Position numbers and translations under genes: made by a program. A stretch of DNA of 55,608 bases, the filler included, from Sphacelaria rigidula (Eukaryota): assembly GCA_964200075.2 (NCBI GenBank). It is 5 parts of 5 records of this genome, joined end to end, with 100 filler letters (N's around TTAATTAATTAA, not from the genome) between each part and the next. Parts side by side here need not be neighbours in the genome. Positions count along the whole stretch, not along the records: positions 11,144 to 22,185 come from CAXNAA020005486.1; positions 22,286 to 33,326 come from CAXNAA020005487.1; 3 more parts are not named here. One strand, 5' to 3'. The notes beneath the pieces were generated by a model, which ran no database searches, was not told the DNA's origin, and worked only from the letters and a program-made list of their open reading frames with translations. This document shows positions 12,070 to 22,949 of this stretch, piece by piece (within the stretch, counting starts at the first letter, position 1; each line of letters opens with the position of its first letter).

Positions 12070-13380
12070 AGAACCAGCCAGGCCCACGGGTCGTGTCCGT
12101 AGCAAATATTTACCCTCCAGAAAGGTTCCTCGAGTGTCGGCTGGATCGCTCTCGGAGATTTCTCGAACTGTAAATAACCCTTCTGAGAAACGGAGTAATG
12201 TGTACGCACCGAGCCCAGAGCCAACTCACACAGCACCATCAAGCACATTCTGTGAGCTTGACTGTACACCACACCTCAACCTTGTTCTGTGCGCTTGACC
12301 GATTTGTGGTCTGTCTTCTGTCGCGAGACGTGGTGCGAGTCGACACCTTCCCCCCCACTTCTCTCACGTCATCACCGTTCTCTTCTGGGATCTTCGTTGC
12401 CAGCTCTCCTGAGCGTTATCCTTTCATCAATGCGACCGTCAGAGCTCCATTGACAGTAGTTGGCGATTGAAATGGGAGATTTCCGTTGTTTTTTTGTGGC
12501 CCGGGATATTCGAAAGTGTTTTCGCGTGCCACCACTCACCCCAGGGGACGTTTGATCCCAAAGTGCGGGTTCGGGAGATACTAGGCATCCCACCCACATT
12601 TCGAAGTGTAATAACATCTGCGTTCAGTGTTCAACGACTTGTGGGCTGGCCGTTTTTCGGGGGTTCTGAGACTACCCAGCCCCAGGTTCTAACCCTTGAG
12701 TATTTTTGCTCGATTGAAACAATCCCAATCGCTCTAGTGAAAAAATAAAAATGATTGCTGCCTTTTGATTCACCCGCGTATTGCGCTAGAGCCGAAAAAT
12801 TGTGTCTTTTGGACCAGTGACGGTCGATAGCACCCCCTGATAAACAAGGTACTTTCTCCGTATCACCCCGACAACATCAATTGAGGATTATTTCTGAGCA
12901 CACGTCCTGCTTCTCTTCCCGAACATTCGTTGACGCTGCTGGGATTTTTGAGCGCCGACGACTGATACTGCACGACAAAATCCAGGAACGTACGGAGGAC
13001 TCTGGTGTCCCCAGAGAGGCGAGGGCTCATGATCCTCTGGCGGTATCTTGTCCACAATAGATGAGACGACAACACACACACTTTGAGGATATCTTTCTCG
13101 GGCAGGTGTCGGCGATACCGGCCCCCTAAAATCCACTACGGCCGCCCACCCATCGTGTTTACGGTAACCTGTCCGATGATTTTCCGGCGGAGGTGCCGGT
13201 ATACTCGACAGGCACTCAACGACAAACAGATACTGTCTCACCTGTTTGATGATTCCATCACGCCCTGAAAGGCTGTCCGGACTCACAAATATGTAACTAT
13301 CCCCCTCTGTAGTGACCACTGCTCATACCGCTTGAAACACGACACCCGCCCCATATTCACTGTCGCTGTACCCATAATGT
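12070..13380 (-). pseudogene. Possible decayed spliced gene of unknown family
   Basis: Several AG...GT bounded, protein-like segments (e.g. VVTTEGDSYIFVSPDSLSGRDGIIKQ|GTGAGA) with in-frame stops. No recognisable domain. Confidence 0.2.
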
Positions 13381-13423
13381 TCACGGTATAAACCATTCGG
13401 TAATTGTCGGTGAGAACGCTCCA

Positions 13424-14058
13424 AGGTTGTGTTCTGTGAGGTATGGTTTTCTGTATACCCGGGGTATATTTCCGGGTATGTAGCGTACCCGAAAGTTCTG
13501 TGACTTCTGCAAGACTTTCATACTGGTACCCGACGGTCCTGTAAACTCTGTAAGACCTTCATACCCGTACCTGATGGTTTGTTGAGTTCTGCAAGCCTCC
13601 CGTACCGTTACCGTGGGGGGCGGGTACGCTCTGGATGAGATACCCGGTTGCGGGTACGGTTGCCTGTGCAACCTCCATACCGTACCCCAACAGTTTCTGT
13701 GAGTTCTGTAAGCCTCCCATACCCTCACCCGACAGTGCTGTGAGTTTTGTACAAAACCGTTACCCGTACCTGAGGGGCGGGTATACCCTAAAAGAGTTAC
13801 CCAAATGCCGGTACAGGTTTTCTGTGAGCCTCCTATACCGTGCCTGACGAGTTCTGTAACATCTGTGAGACTTTCATGCCCGTACCCGACAGTTCTGTAG
13901 CATATGTAGGACTTTGATATCGCTACCCGATATTTATGTAAGTTCTGTAAGCCTACCCGGGGTTTGGGTATAGCGTTGTAGACATACCCGATTCCAGGTA
14001 CGAGCACAGGTATATACCTTCTGGAGGTATGGGCAAAGGTTCGGTCAAAACACAACCT
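13424..14058. mobile_element. MITE-like element with internal tandem sub-repeats
   Basis: TIR AGGTTGTGTT(C/T)TG at both ends. Interior built from repeated GTACCCGACAGTTCTGTGAGTTCTGTAAGAC..CATACCC units. No clear TSD. Confidence 0.75.
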
Positions 14059-14343
14059 GATGGCCCGAAGATGTACCCACCCTACTCTCCTTCATTCATC
14101 TCTGCACAACAAACAAAAATCCCAAGGTTCGAAAGTTTTGTAGCTTCAAGTTCGGCGAGTTTCAAGATACTGCTAGGTGGAAATACGAAACATGAGCAGC
14201 AGTACTGCAGACCGTCAGGATGGATCACCCCCTGACTCGAGTGGTGGCTCGAGCGGGGGTGGTTCATCTGCGCCACACGCGGGAAAAAAGTAGCAAGACG
14301 TGGGTCATCGACGTAAGCGGTACACACACTCCGCGTTCTCCAG

Positions 14344-14821
14344 ACTGCTGTCGGAGCGGAGACGCAGAGGTTGAAGGCAACGGTCACGGAGCGAAGCTTA
14401 GAGGCGAGCAAGAAACCGGCTGTCGGGGCTGACAGGTGAAAACAAACGAGTTTGGTATGAGCCAGGTGTAGCACGGCGTTTTTTGTAGTCTAGACTGCTA
14501 CAGTACTACTACTGTTGAGTGAACTGCTTCTCGAATACATGCACGCTCTCTAGTGGTGGTGGAGGGCGAGGATCAAAATTCGAATGAAGGATACTGCCTC
14601 ACAGTCAATCATCTCCCATGCGCTGTTACCGTGTTTTTTTTTCAGAGTTCGCGAGCTCATTGCTGTCAAGATAGTCGCCGAGAAGTTCTCGCCATCCAGT
14701 TTGGTCTCACCTGGCACTGCTTGGATGGAGCTGGTGGGGGTGCTCACCGCCGATACCTCAGCCGTTATGACTCCCTTGGCGCGTAAAGCACCTAATTATG
14801 GAGATGCACATCGCGACGAAG
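14344..14821 (+). pseudogene. Two phase-compatible exon-like segments (14344-14435, 14646-14821), unknown protein
   Basis: GACAG|GTGAAA donor, TTTTTTTTTCAG acceptor and GAAG|GTCAGT donor. The spliced frame is open (..KKPAVGAD-R-VRELIAVKIVAEKF..), but the upstream frame has stops. Confidence 0.3.
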
Positions 14822-15261
14822 GTCAGTTGTGTGCTCTTCCTTGTGTTTAACACGCACAAGACGTGTGGAACGTGCTAAGCGTTTATGTTGATCACTTGTA
14901 ATCAGTGCAGATAGTACATACTGACGGGACCCCAACTGGTCTCGGCCAGATTTGTCACACTACCATAATACAATATTACAGTGTATGTACACCTGGAATG
15001 GGATATTTCGTCCAGTGATGGGCTAAATGTGGTTTTTGGATGGGAAGAAGGTGCTGTACAGACAAGGCGTACCATTTGTGCTTTCTGCATACAAAGCATG
15101 TGAACGTTTGCAAACATTACAATTGAAATATTCGGAAGACGTGGAAACGTTGTGCTGGAGGTCAGTCGTTTTAAAAAACGTCTGCTGTGGATGTATGTGA
15201 AGCGGTACTCCACCTGTACTGTCTAATATACTTCACTGTACTACTGTACTGTACTGTAATT

Positions 15262-15507
15262 GACTGCTGCCGAAATAGCCCCCCTAAACCGGCCAAAAAC
15301 GTGCACGGAGGCGATGATCATAACTGCCGTTAAAACTGGTTTCGTTCTGCACGATGCGACTGATTTGGGCGTTGTAGCTGATTTCAGACTGCTACACTCC
15401 TCTCATGTGGGCAAAATTGCTGCAAACGAGCCCAATAGTGGGATCGCAGCCGGTTCGTTGGGTGGTGCCGGTGCACTTTTTGTGGGGAGGCTATCTCGGC
15501 ATTAGTC
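15262..15507. mobile_element. MITE (~246 bp)
   Basis: TIRs GACTGCTGCCGAAATAGCC / GGCTATCTCGGCATTAGTC. A near-identical partial copy lies at 33204-33326. Confidence 0.8.
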
Positions 15508-18206
15508 CGTCCTGATTTCAGGTTTTTGAGTAACGCAACGAAATTTTGTACAAACGTGCCATGGACTACCGGTACCTCGAGACGAGAGTCAAGTTTGAAT
15601 TTGTTATTCTGAAACAACCCGAAGCGGCTTTTGGGGGGTATTCATGCTGGGAACCCCGGAAACGGGTAGAGCGGATAAACTTTCCCGAATTGTAGCACCC
15701 ATATCTATGAAATTGTCAAGTGTGAGGATGATCGGAGCTTTCCTACGAAGGTTAGAAGGGAATACATCAAGAGGCTTCCTGGGTCTTCGATGCATATTAC
15801 ATGCATATTATGATTGAAAATCCAACACCGCCAAACCCCACGTCACCGAAATATCACGCTTTGGGGCATAACTCATACCCACACAATCCGTTTCTCAAAT
15901 AGGTTGCGTTTAGATTTCCTAGCCGATGGCGGTTACAAAGGTTTGATTCATGATAAGATAGGGTACAAATTGAATCGGGGAATTCCAAATTGAATTTCAG
16001 AACAATTTGAAGGCTCCTCATTGGTCGAGACTCATTTTCGCGTCTTGATCCCCCGCCAGGACAATATATGTAAAACTTGAATGTCACGGGTTTCCCCAGC
16101 GCGAGGTGGTCATTATGATTCCAAATCTGTGTGAAATGAGCCGCTGTTGTGTTCTGTATCTACCGGGGAATGAATTTTGGGTATTCGTCTGGAATCAGCA
16201 TGTGTGTACAGGGAAAGGGTCACCTTGAACATGGACCTTCAAGCTGAAGGTTCACTTGAAACAGTTGAACCTCATACGACCCGAAGTGTGATCCAGCTTT
16301 CAAAATCGAAGAAGCCTGTTGTAGGTCGGACCTTGAGCTTGCATTTCTCGCTCTCATGTTGACGGTTTTGCTCAAGTTGAAAGTTGCGCAATGTTCAACT
16401 GCAATGCGCTGGTCTCAGGTAGACGCTGCATCTACAACGAGCAACAGAGCGCCTTGGAGGTATGGTATACACTGCGGATACCCCAGCCTGGCGCAAAATC
16501 GTTGGTGTACCCATTCGCGCGCGGTCGCTAGACGGCAAACAAAAAAACGAAGCGATCAGTCGGTGCGATGAATTATCATCTCGAAATTTTGAACGAGATC
16601 AATCGAGCCATGGCTACTGCTGTTGTTGCCGGGGCAAGCACTCGGCGAAAGCTTGACATAATAGATTGCAAAAGCGTCAGCGCTAATCTAGCACACGTCG
16701 TGCCTACAGCAAGCAACCTAGCATTGTGTGGTGCTCGGCGCTACGATGTGGTACGCCGCCGATGCTTTTGACGCTGACACGTCGAGCATCGCAGCTTTTC
16801 ATCTCATGATCATGTCTGTGATCGCGGGCCATGGTCTATGGGCGCTAGCGAAGACGCTCTGTCTGCCAGTAGCACTCAACGAACGCCTGTATCACGCATT
16901 GTACAGTGCCGCCAGCACCACAGAGCTTGTTGATACTCCGTGACCTGGCCTCACGTGGCATACATTTTCACGGTCGTATATTCGTCATGTCACGTATATC
17001 CAAGCGGAGAGAGGATGTGTTGACTCCGATGGTCTGACTCCGATAAACAACCCACCACCCCCATCGGCACACAAGCCCCTATTTTTGCGTTTCCATCTGA
17101 GCCCGGTACCGTAGCGGCCGCCCTCAACGTGGCCGCGCAATTCGTGCACGATATCAAGTTGACGGTCCCTGCCTATCCCGGCTATACTTGTACGATCCCC
17201 GCCAATCCTGGCTATACTTGTCAGACGACAAACGTGAGACTCTGGAGAATGGCCTTTTTCATCAACATAAAACCGGCAATAACTCAAAATTCTCGTTTTC
17301 CGAGAGTTCCGGGTGGGGTTTGAACATATTTTCCCACACTTTCCGCAGACCAACAGAACCGACAGGTTTACAGTATTTTCTTCGGGAATGCATTGCTCCA
17401 GCAGAACGAAACATACTTTTCGAAAGTGCTGACGCTCAACAGATATGACTACAGTATTGGCGTAGCCCGGAAACCCCTGCCCATCACAACCTAGAACGGG
17501 GAGTAGTTCCCCCAAGGCGATCACGATTGCTATCCTTCGAGACCCCGTCCGACTCTGCCAGTTGACGAATATGCCGCGCCAGGGAGCCGACCTGTGAAGA
17601 GCGTTGACATCGGCAGGAACGCGAGAAATACAGGCAAATGTATATCCGAGTACAAGAGTGACAGTGCATGTCAACACCATACATCGACTAAAATTTTAAC
17701 CACGCCGCCGTGTGTGGAGCGAGTCACCACCGTGACGTCGAATTCAGACTGCGCACAATTGCAGACAAACAACGCAGTGTGAGGGGCCGAACCTTCACGA
17801 CAAGGAGGGTAACCAATGATACGTGTACATCCCTAGGATTAGTCAGGGGATTCGTGTGAGGAACCGTGAACTCGTTTCAGTATCAAATGACGGAGGGGTC
17901 AACCCTCCCCGAGAGTAATCCGACCTACGTCAACATCAAAAGCCCTGATTGCTGTGGAGGGACTATCGGCAACTACTTTTCAGCCAACATCTGGCGAAGG
18001 ATACCAAGTTATCTCTTATGGGTTTTTACCTAGGTTTCATCTGGATATTGGGCATGGATATACGGCAATCCGCAGCGCCCCACCACGTGCAGCTCATATG
18101 TTGTACACGCCACAGGGCGCGGGCGATTCGTTGAACGCTCCTTTTGTGGCGTAGACTACAGTGATCGAAGCCTCACTTACGTCATATTATGCTCCGCACA
18201 GCTAGC

Positions 18207-18377
18207 CTATGACAGAGGGAGAGCAGAGTCATTTAGGTACCCACTCCAAGTAATACATTCTCTGGTGGTCCAAGGCATCTGACGTGCACATTGCAACGAC
18301 ATCACCGTCACTGACAGGTTGAAATCGTTTGCAGGTGCAGGCGAGAGTTCAATACTGCCTTCAAACAGCCTGCACAA
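18207..18377 (-). CDS. bioF: Candidate terminal exon of bioF
   Basis: Polypyrimidine acceptor CCCCTTCCACTTCAG. A phase-0 join gives HAYNTEEE-LCRLFEG.., fitting the usual H.T.EEV.RL helix. Ends at TAG. Confidence 0.45.
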   Translation of the reverse strand: MCRLFEGSIELSPAPANDFNLSVTVMSLQCARQMPWTTRECITWSGYLNDSALPLS

Positions 18378-18724
18378 CTGAAGTGGAAGGGGCGGTACAA
18401 AATGGAGAGTAGATAACTGGCAGATGACTGCCGACACCGCGTTGCTGCAAGTGAGGAATTCAAAACTGTGGTAGACGGGGTTACTTGGCGCAAGGAACCG
18501 CACCCAATGGTTCGTGAACGCGTCAACCAATAGGATACGCTTCGAACGACGCACTTTATTTTGGCGGCCCGGACCACCGTACTTCTCGAGAGAGCCTTCT
18601 GTGAACGAATGTTGGGACTTCAGTTCGTTCGCAAGACTCAACTGTGCTACCCGTGCACCCCAAACCCAGGGCATGTGCCATGTACCATCACACACGAACG
18701 TACGCGCGTGCATCAGCTCCTCAC

Positions 18725-18959
18725 CTCTTCTTCTGTGTTGTAGGCGTGGAGCGTGATCCTCAGTCGCTCGGTACCCTCCGCCACCGTGGGCTGTCGTATC
18801 GCCCTCACATCAAACCCCAACGCTCGCAGAGATTCGACAACGGCCAAACACCGCTCGTTCCCCACCATCGGAACAGACTGGATTGGCGAGCGACATCGGG
18901 ACAGGTGCCTTGCATCCAAAGGGGCCGTGCCAGCTACATCGTCTGCACCAGCAAGGGCA
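18725..18959 (-). CDS. bioF: 8-amino-7-oxononanoate synthase (KAPA/AONS), C-terminal domain exon
   Basis: Encodes SPIQSVPMVGNERCLAVVESLRALGFDVRAIRQPTVAEGTERLRITLHAYNTEEE, the class II PLP aminotransferase/BioF signature. Acceptor TTTCTATGACAG, donor GAG|GTGAGG. Confidence 0.9.
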
Positions 18960-19790
18960 CTGTCATAGAAACAGAGAGAGGAAGGGGAGGGACAAGCAGA
19001 TTAAAAAATGTGTGCCATGCTCCGAACGAAAGTCGCTGATCTGTTTCCGTTTCACCGTTCAGGAGTCAAGGGACGCTCAACGCACATACACACACAGGGC
19101 TAGCGTTCCAGTGTCTCGTGGTCGAAATAAACTGACACCATGACAGCGTCGCGGGAGTTAGCATCTCTGAAACTCTATCTGGGCACACTAACCCCATGTG
19201 TAACAGCTCAAGGCACCTTGATATATCTCCTTGCCGTTAGTGTAGGAGTTCATGCCCGGTAGAATAGATTCCCAGTTGGGGTTCGTACTGAGACGGGAAA
19301 CCAGTCCGCTGTAGCAACCAATACCCGCCATTCCCATGTGCCCGCAGCAATGCCAATATGTTCGTGTGTTTTTGTGGGTGACAACCCATGAGTCGTTGTT
19401 TGACCGCTCACGTGCCAAAGTCTTCAGATCCTCATGAGCTGTTAACTCGATCTGACATCGAATCCCCAAAGGCATGGCGTGATATTTCTTGTGATCCTGA
19501 TGTGTTGAATATACCACGCCCTGAACAATAGATTCTATTTTCAAGAAATATAGTGCGTACAGTTTGGAATATTTTGTCTGCTGCAAGAGGCGCAATAGCC
19601 GATACTGTACACAGTACACTTTTGACAGAGTATTATCTTGTCCAGGATGTGAAATATACCGCCATCCAGTACACGATACATATATATTTTCGGATAGTTC
19701 ACTATTGCCGAATGCCAGTGGCACTATTGAGTTTTCTTGCGGGGATGGACGCAAACCCGAACAGACGACGCAAGCAAGTACTGAATCCTT

Positions 19791-20054
19791 CAAAGGTCAG
19801 ACGTATTAATGATTCGTCTGGAAAGTACTTGATTTTAGTGTGATTTATTCGTACCGTAAGAATCAATCCCTAGGCTTTGTTTTCTGCGTCGCAACCCAGG
19901 TACGCGAAGCCCAGGCACTTGGAATGGCGCACGACAAATGCGTAGAGATTTTTTCACCAGCGGTCGACTTTTTTTTTTTTCCTATTTCGAGCAATCAGGC
20001 CTAAGAAATCGTGGATTTGGTGTTTCGAACCGGCGATGATTCGTCCGAACCGTG
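19791..20054 (+). mobile_element. hAT-like MITE (copy E) inside the bioF intron
   Basis: CAAAGGTCAGAC ... GATGATTCGTCCGAACCGTG, colinear with copies B and D. Flanks GAATCCTT/GAAACTTC (5/8). Confidence 0.75.
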
Positions 20055-21100
20055 GAAACTTCCGGCTTGTAACGTGCGGTCAACTGAACGAAGAGATTTC
20101 GTTGTAGGTGATGCCGTTTTGCTTCTTGTATCCGACAAGATGTTTGCTACGCTGAATACGTGGAGCGAGGCAATAGCATTACGCGCCTGGTGCCAGGAAT
20201 CGTTGGATATTCGGCAAGAAAAACTTGCGGCAGTTCAATCCACATCATACTTGCCGCAGGAAGGCTCTCGGGGGGTTGGTTGCGAGGGGTAAGTACTGTA
20301 GTATCATGTAGTATACTTGAAATGAGGCGTCCCTCTCGACGCGTGACAGATATTACGTGGTCGCATGATACTTGTTGGTCCATAGGAGTGACAGGCAAGG
20401 AGGGCGGGGAGCGGCTGCCTTGAGCGTGGTTCCTTCCCGTGAGATTTCTTTTCATGCGGCACAACACCATGGTGATATGATTGGGTACAAAGCTTTTGTG
20501 TAGCTCGATGTACTGCGTGGCCGCTTGAAACGATGTTTCCGTGAGATTGAGTAGAGGATACTTGAGAGTAGGAAGCGGTCAATTTGTGACTGAAGCGATT
20601 CAGTTCCGAAATGCCCCTCCACGAGGCCGGATACTTTCTGTAGTAGCTTGCCACCAAAGCCCTTGATGTCCCTGAGTAAGATATCTACGTGTAGCTGTGA
20701 GCACACGCAAGTGATAAAGACAAAGAAAAGTACACACGGAATGAAAAGTTTGCCGGTTGAAGCGAATGGTAAAACCCACTCTCAATCAGCGCTCTACTCT
20801 CCATTTCACCAAAACATTGATTTAAGCCGTTCAGCATGGTCCCTCTCGTGAACATGGCCCACTGCGTGAACTGGTGCACGAGTATATACGCAAGTCTCCG
20901 CTCCAACTGATTAGGGCAGGCGACTCCACATCTTCATCAGCGAAAGACGGTCACATCACAGTTGGACGATAGATCGATTGGATTGAATTTCACGAGAAAT
21001 ATCACGACACATCGATCATCGTCTCAGAGTACGTAGAAAACCTCAACCGATTATTCGCACCATCACCCTGAGCTTGCTTTGGCCTTCATAACGCTCTCAC

Positions 21101-21190
21101 CTCTGAAACTTGTCCGCCAGAGCCAACACACGTCGTCGACGATCGTCTGCTCCGGCTTGCATTTTGTATGCACATTTGATGCAAGCCAGG
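21101..21190 (-). CDS. bioF: 8-amino-7-oxononanoate synthase, internal exon (gene 5'-truncated by the contig end)
   Basis: 90-nt exon LACIKCAYKMQAGADDRRRRVLALADKFQ, the helix that follows the YSTALPP motif. CCCCCCAG acceptor and AG|GTGAG donor. The phase-2 junction matches exon 18959-18725 across a 2141-nt intron. Confidence 0.85.
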
Positions 21191-21439
21191 CTGGGGGGTA
21201 GAGCAAACAAGCAGGGGTGACCGTGTGGGTGGAGAGCATGGGGTGAGCGGTGCTTACGGCAAGAACTACGTAGGAAAAGAGAAAAGGACGATGGGCCCAT
21301 TCTCATCCCGAGGTGTGGATCAATATGCGATACTCACGGATGACGCAACCTAGGCCATGGAAGATAGTCAAGACGGGTGAAGGCGAGGGAAGGAGTGAGC
21401 GGAAAGGCGGACGGGGGGGGCGGAGGGGGGGGGGGGGGG

Positions 21440-21545
21440 GGGGGGTCATGATATTGCATGTCGTAGTCATGACACCGTTGACCTCGCATCCCTACGAAGT
21501 CGAGACGGAGCACTCCGGATTTTCGCCGGACCAGACTTGCAGTCG
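21440..21545 (+). repeat. Poly-G-headed dispersed repeat
   Basis: Aligns with the reverse complement of 1620-1740. Confidence 0.65.
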
Positions 21546-21964
21546 CCAAGCGCGAATCGCCATGGTGTGTTCGGCGAATCGTATGAAGGGTGAGCTGCAT
21601 CCTACCAAGATTTTCAGGCCCGAAGCGTATTAATTATCGCATGGATGACAGTCTGCAATACGTTGCTTCATTTTCTGGTATCGCCACTTCCAGAGACAGC
21701 CACGGGTTACACACTATCTCATGCGTGTCTCATATATGCAGACACTACGTAATACGACCATCCCCTCTGCGCGGAGTTCGGTTTCTTCATCCCGCACAAC
21801 ACGATCTACCTCATGACCAGGATCATGATCACCGCAACAAAAAAAAAACGCAAGCGAAAAAAACAACGTTAACTTGGTCGCCTAGCTTACGCAAGTGAGT
21901 GGCATGCTTTACAGCATCGTTGCCAACCGACGCCAACCCCCAAAAGGGGAGGGGGAGGGGGAGG

Positions 21965-22185
21965 GGTGGGCGTACTCATTTGTTACTTGCCCTATAATAA
22001 TCGTTTGGCGATTGACCACGCATCCCTTTCGAGACGGAGCACCGTTCCTACTCCAAACAGAGACGCCTCCAACTTTTCGGTGCTCACTGCGTTTCTTCCG
22101 TACGTTACACAAAAACCGTTTACATATCTTACCCTCGTCGGGGGGGGAGGGGGGCGTACTCATTTGTTGCTTGTCTTGGTCGTTT
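21965..22185 (+). repeat. Poly-G-headed dispersed repeat, ~185-bp unit restarting at the contig end
   Basis: GGGCGTACTCATTTGTT at about 21968 and 22152. Aligns with 31890-32020. Confidence 0.7.
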
Positions 22186-22285
22186 NNNNNNNNNNNNNNN
22201 NNNNNNNNNNNNNNNNNNNNNNNNNNNNNTTAATTAATTAANNNNNNNNNNNNNNNNNNNNNNNNNNNNNNNNNNNNNNNNNNNN
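22186..22285. other. Artificial contig spacer
   Basis: 44 N + TTAATTAATTAA + 44 N. Confidence 0.98.
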
Positions 22286-22582
22286 TCGCTCATCTCGAAA
22301 ATGGGCGAAAAAAGGATCGATCTTGAACAGCTTCTTCTGCTGTTCTAAATAAATCCTTCCCTTTGCCGAAATTAATCGGGCGAGAAAAGGATCTGTTTTG
22401 GATCTAGCTTGACCTGCTGTCCAAAATAAATTCGTTTTCGCTCGACTCAAATCGGGTGAAGAGGAATTTACCTCGGACAGGAGGACAAGGTATTGAAGAT
22501 ATTTACAGATTTTGTACCAAAACATTTGGAATTTTCGAAGAAAAATCACTCGAGGTTTTTTCACCAGAACACTACCACATGA

Positions 22583-22949
22583 CTGTGCAGGGCTTTGCCG
22601 ACGTGCCTACACAGGGCTGCAAATCCAACCCTGGGGAAAACCCTATCAAAACGCTGCCACGGGTACAGATTTTGGATTTCACTGTCAGGGTTTTTTCACA
22701 AAGACTGTGGAGGACCCTGTACGGACCCTGCACAGTGCGTCCCACAGGGTGCTATCTGTCCACGTGTGCTGTGCAGGGCTTTGCCGATAAGCCTACACAG
22801 GGCTGTAAACCCAACCCTGGGGAAAACCATATCAAAACGCTACGAGGGGTACAGGCTTGGATTTTCACTGTCAGGGTTTTTTCACGAAGACTGTGGAGGA
22901 CCCTGTACGGACCCTGCACAGTGTGCCTCACAGGGTGCTATCTGTCCAC
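22583..22949. repeat. Tandem repeat, 186-bp unit x2
   Basis: CTGTGCAGGGCTTTGCCGA... starts at 22583 and 22769. The units are highly similar. Confidence 0.95.

Noticed and set aside
13381..14055. 224-aa ORF as a gene
   Set aside because: It coincides with a sub-repeat-filled MITE and has no domain signal.
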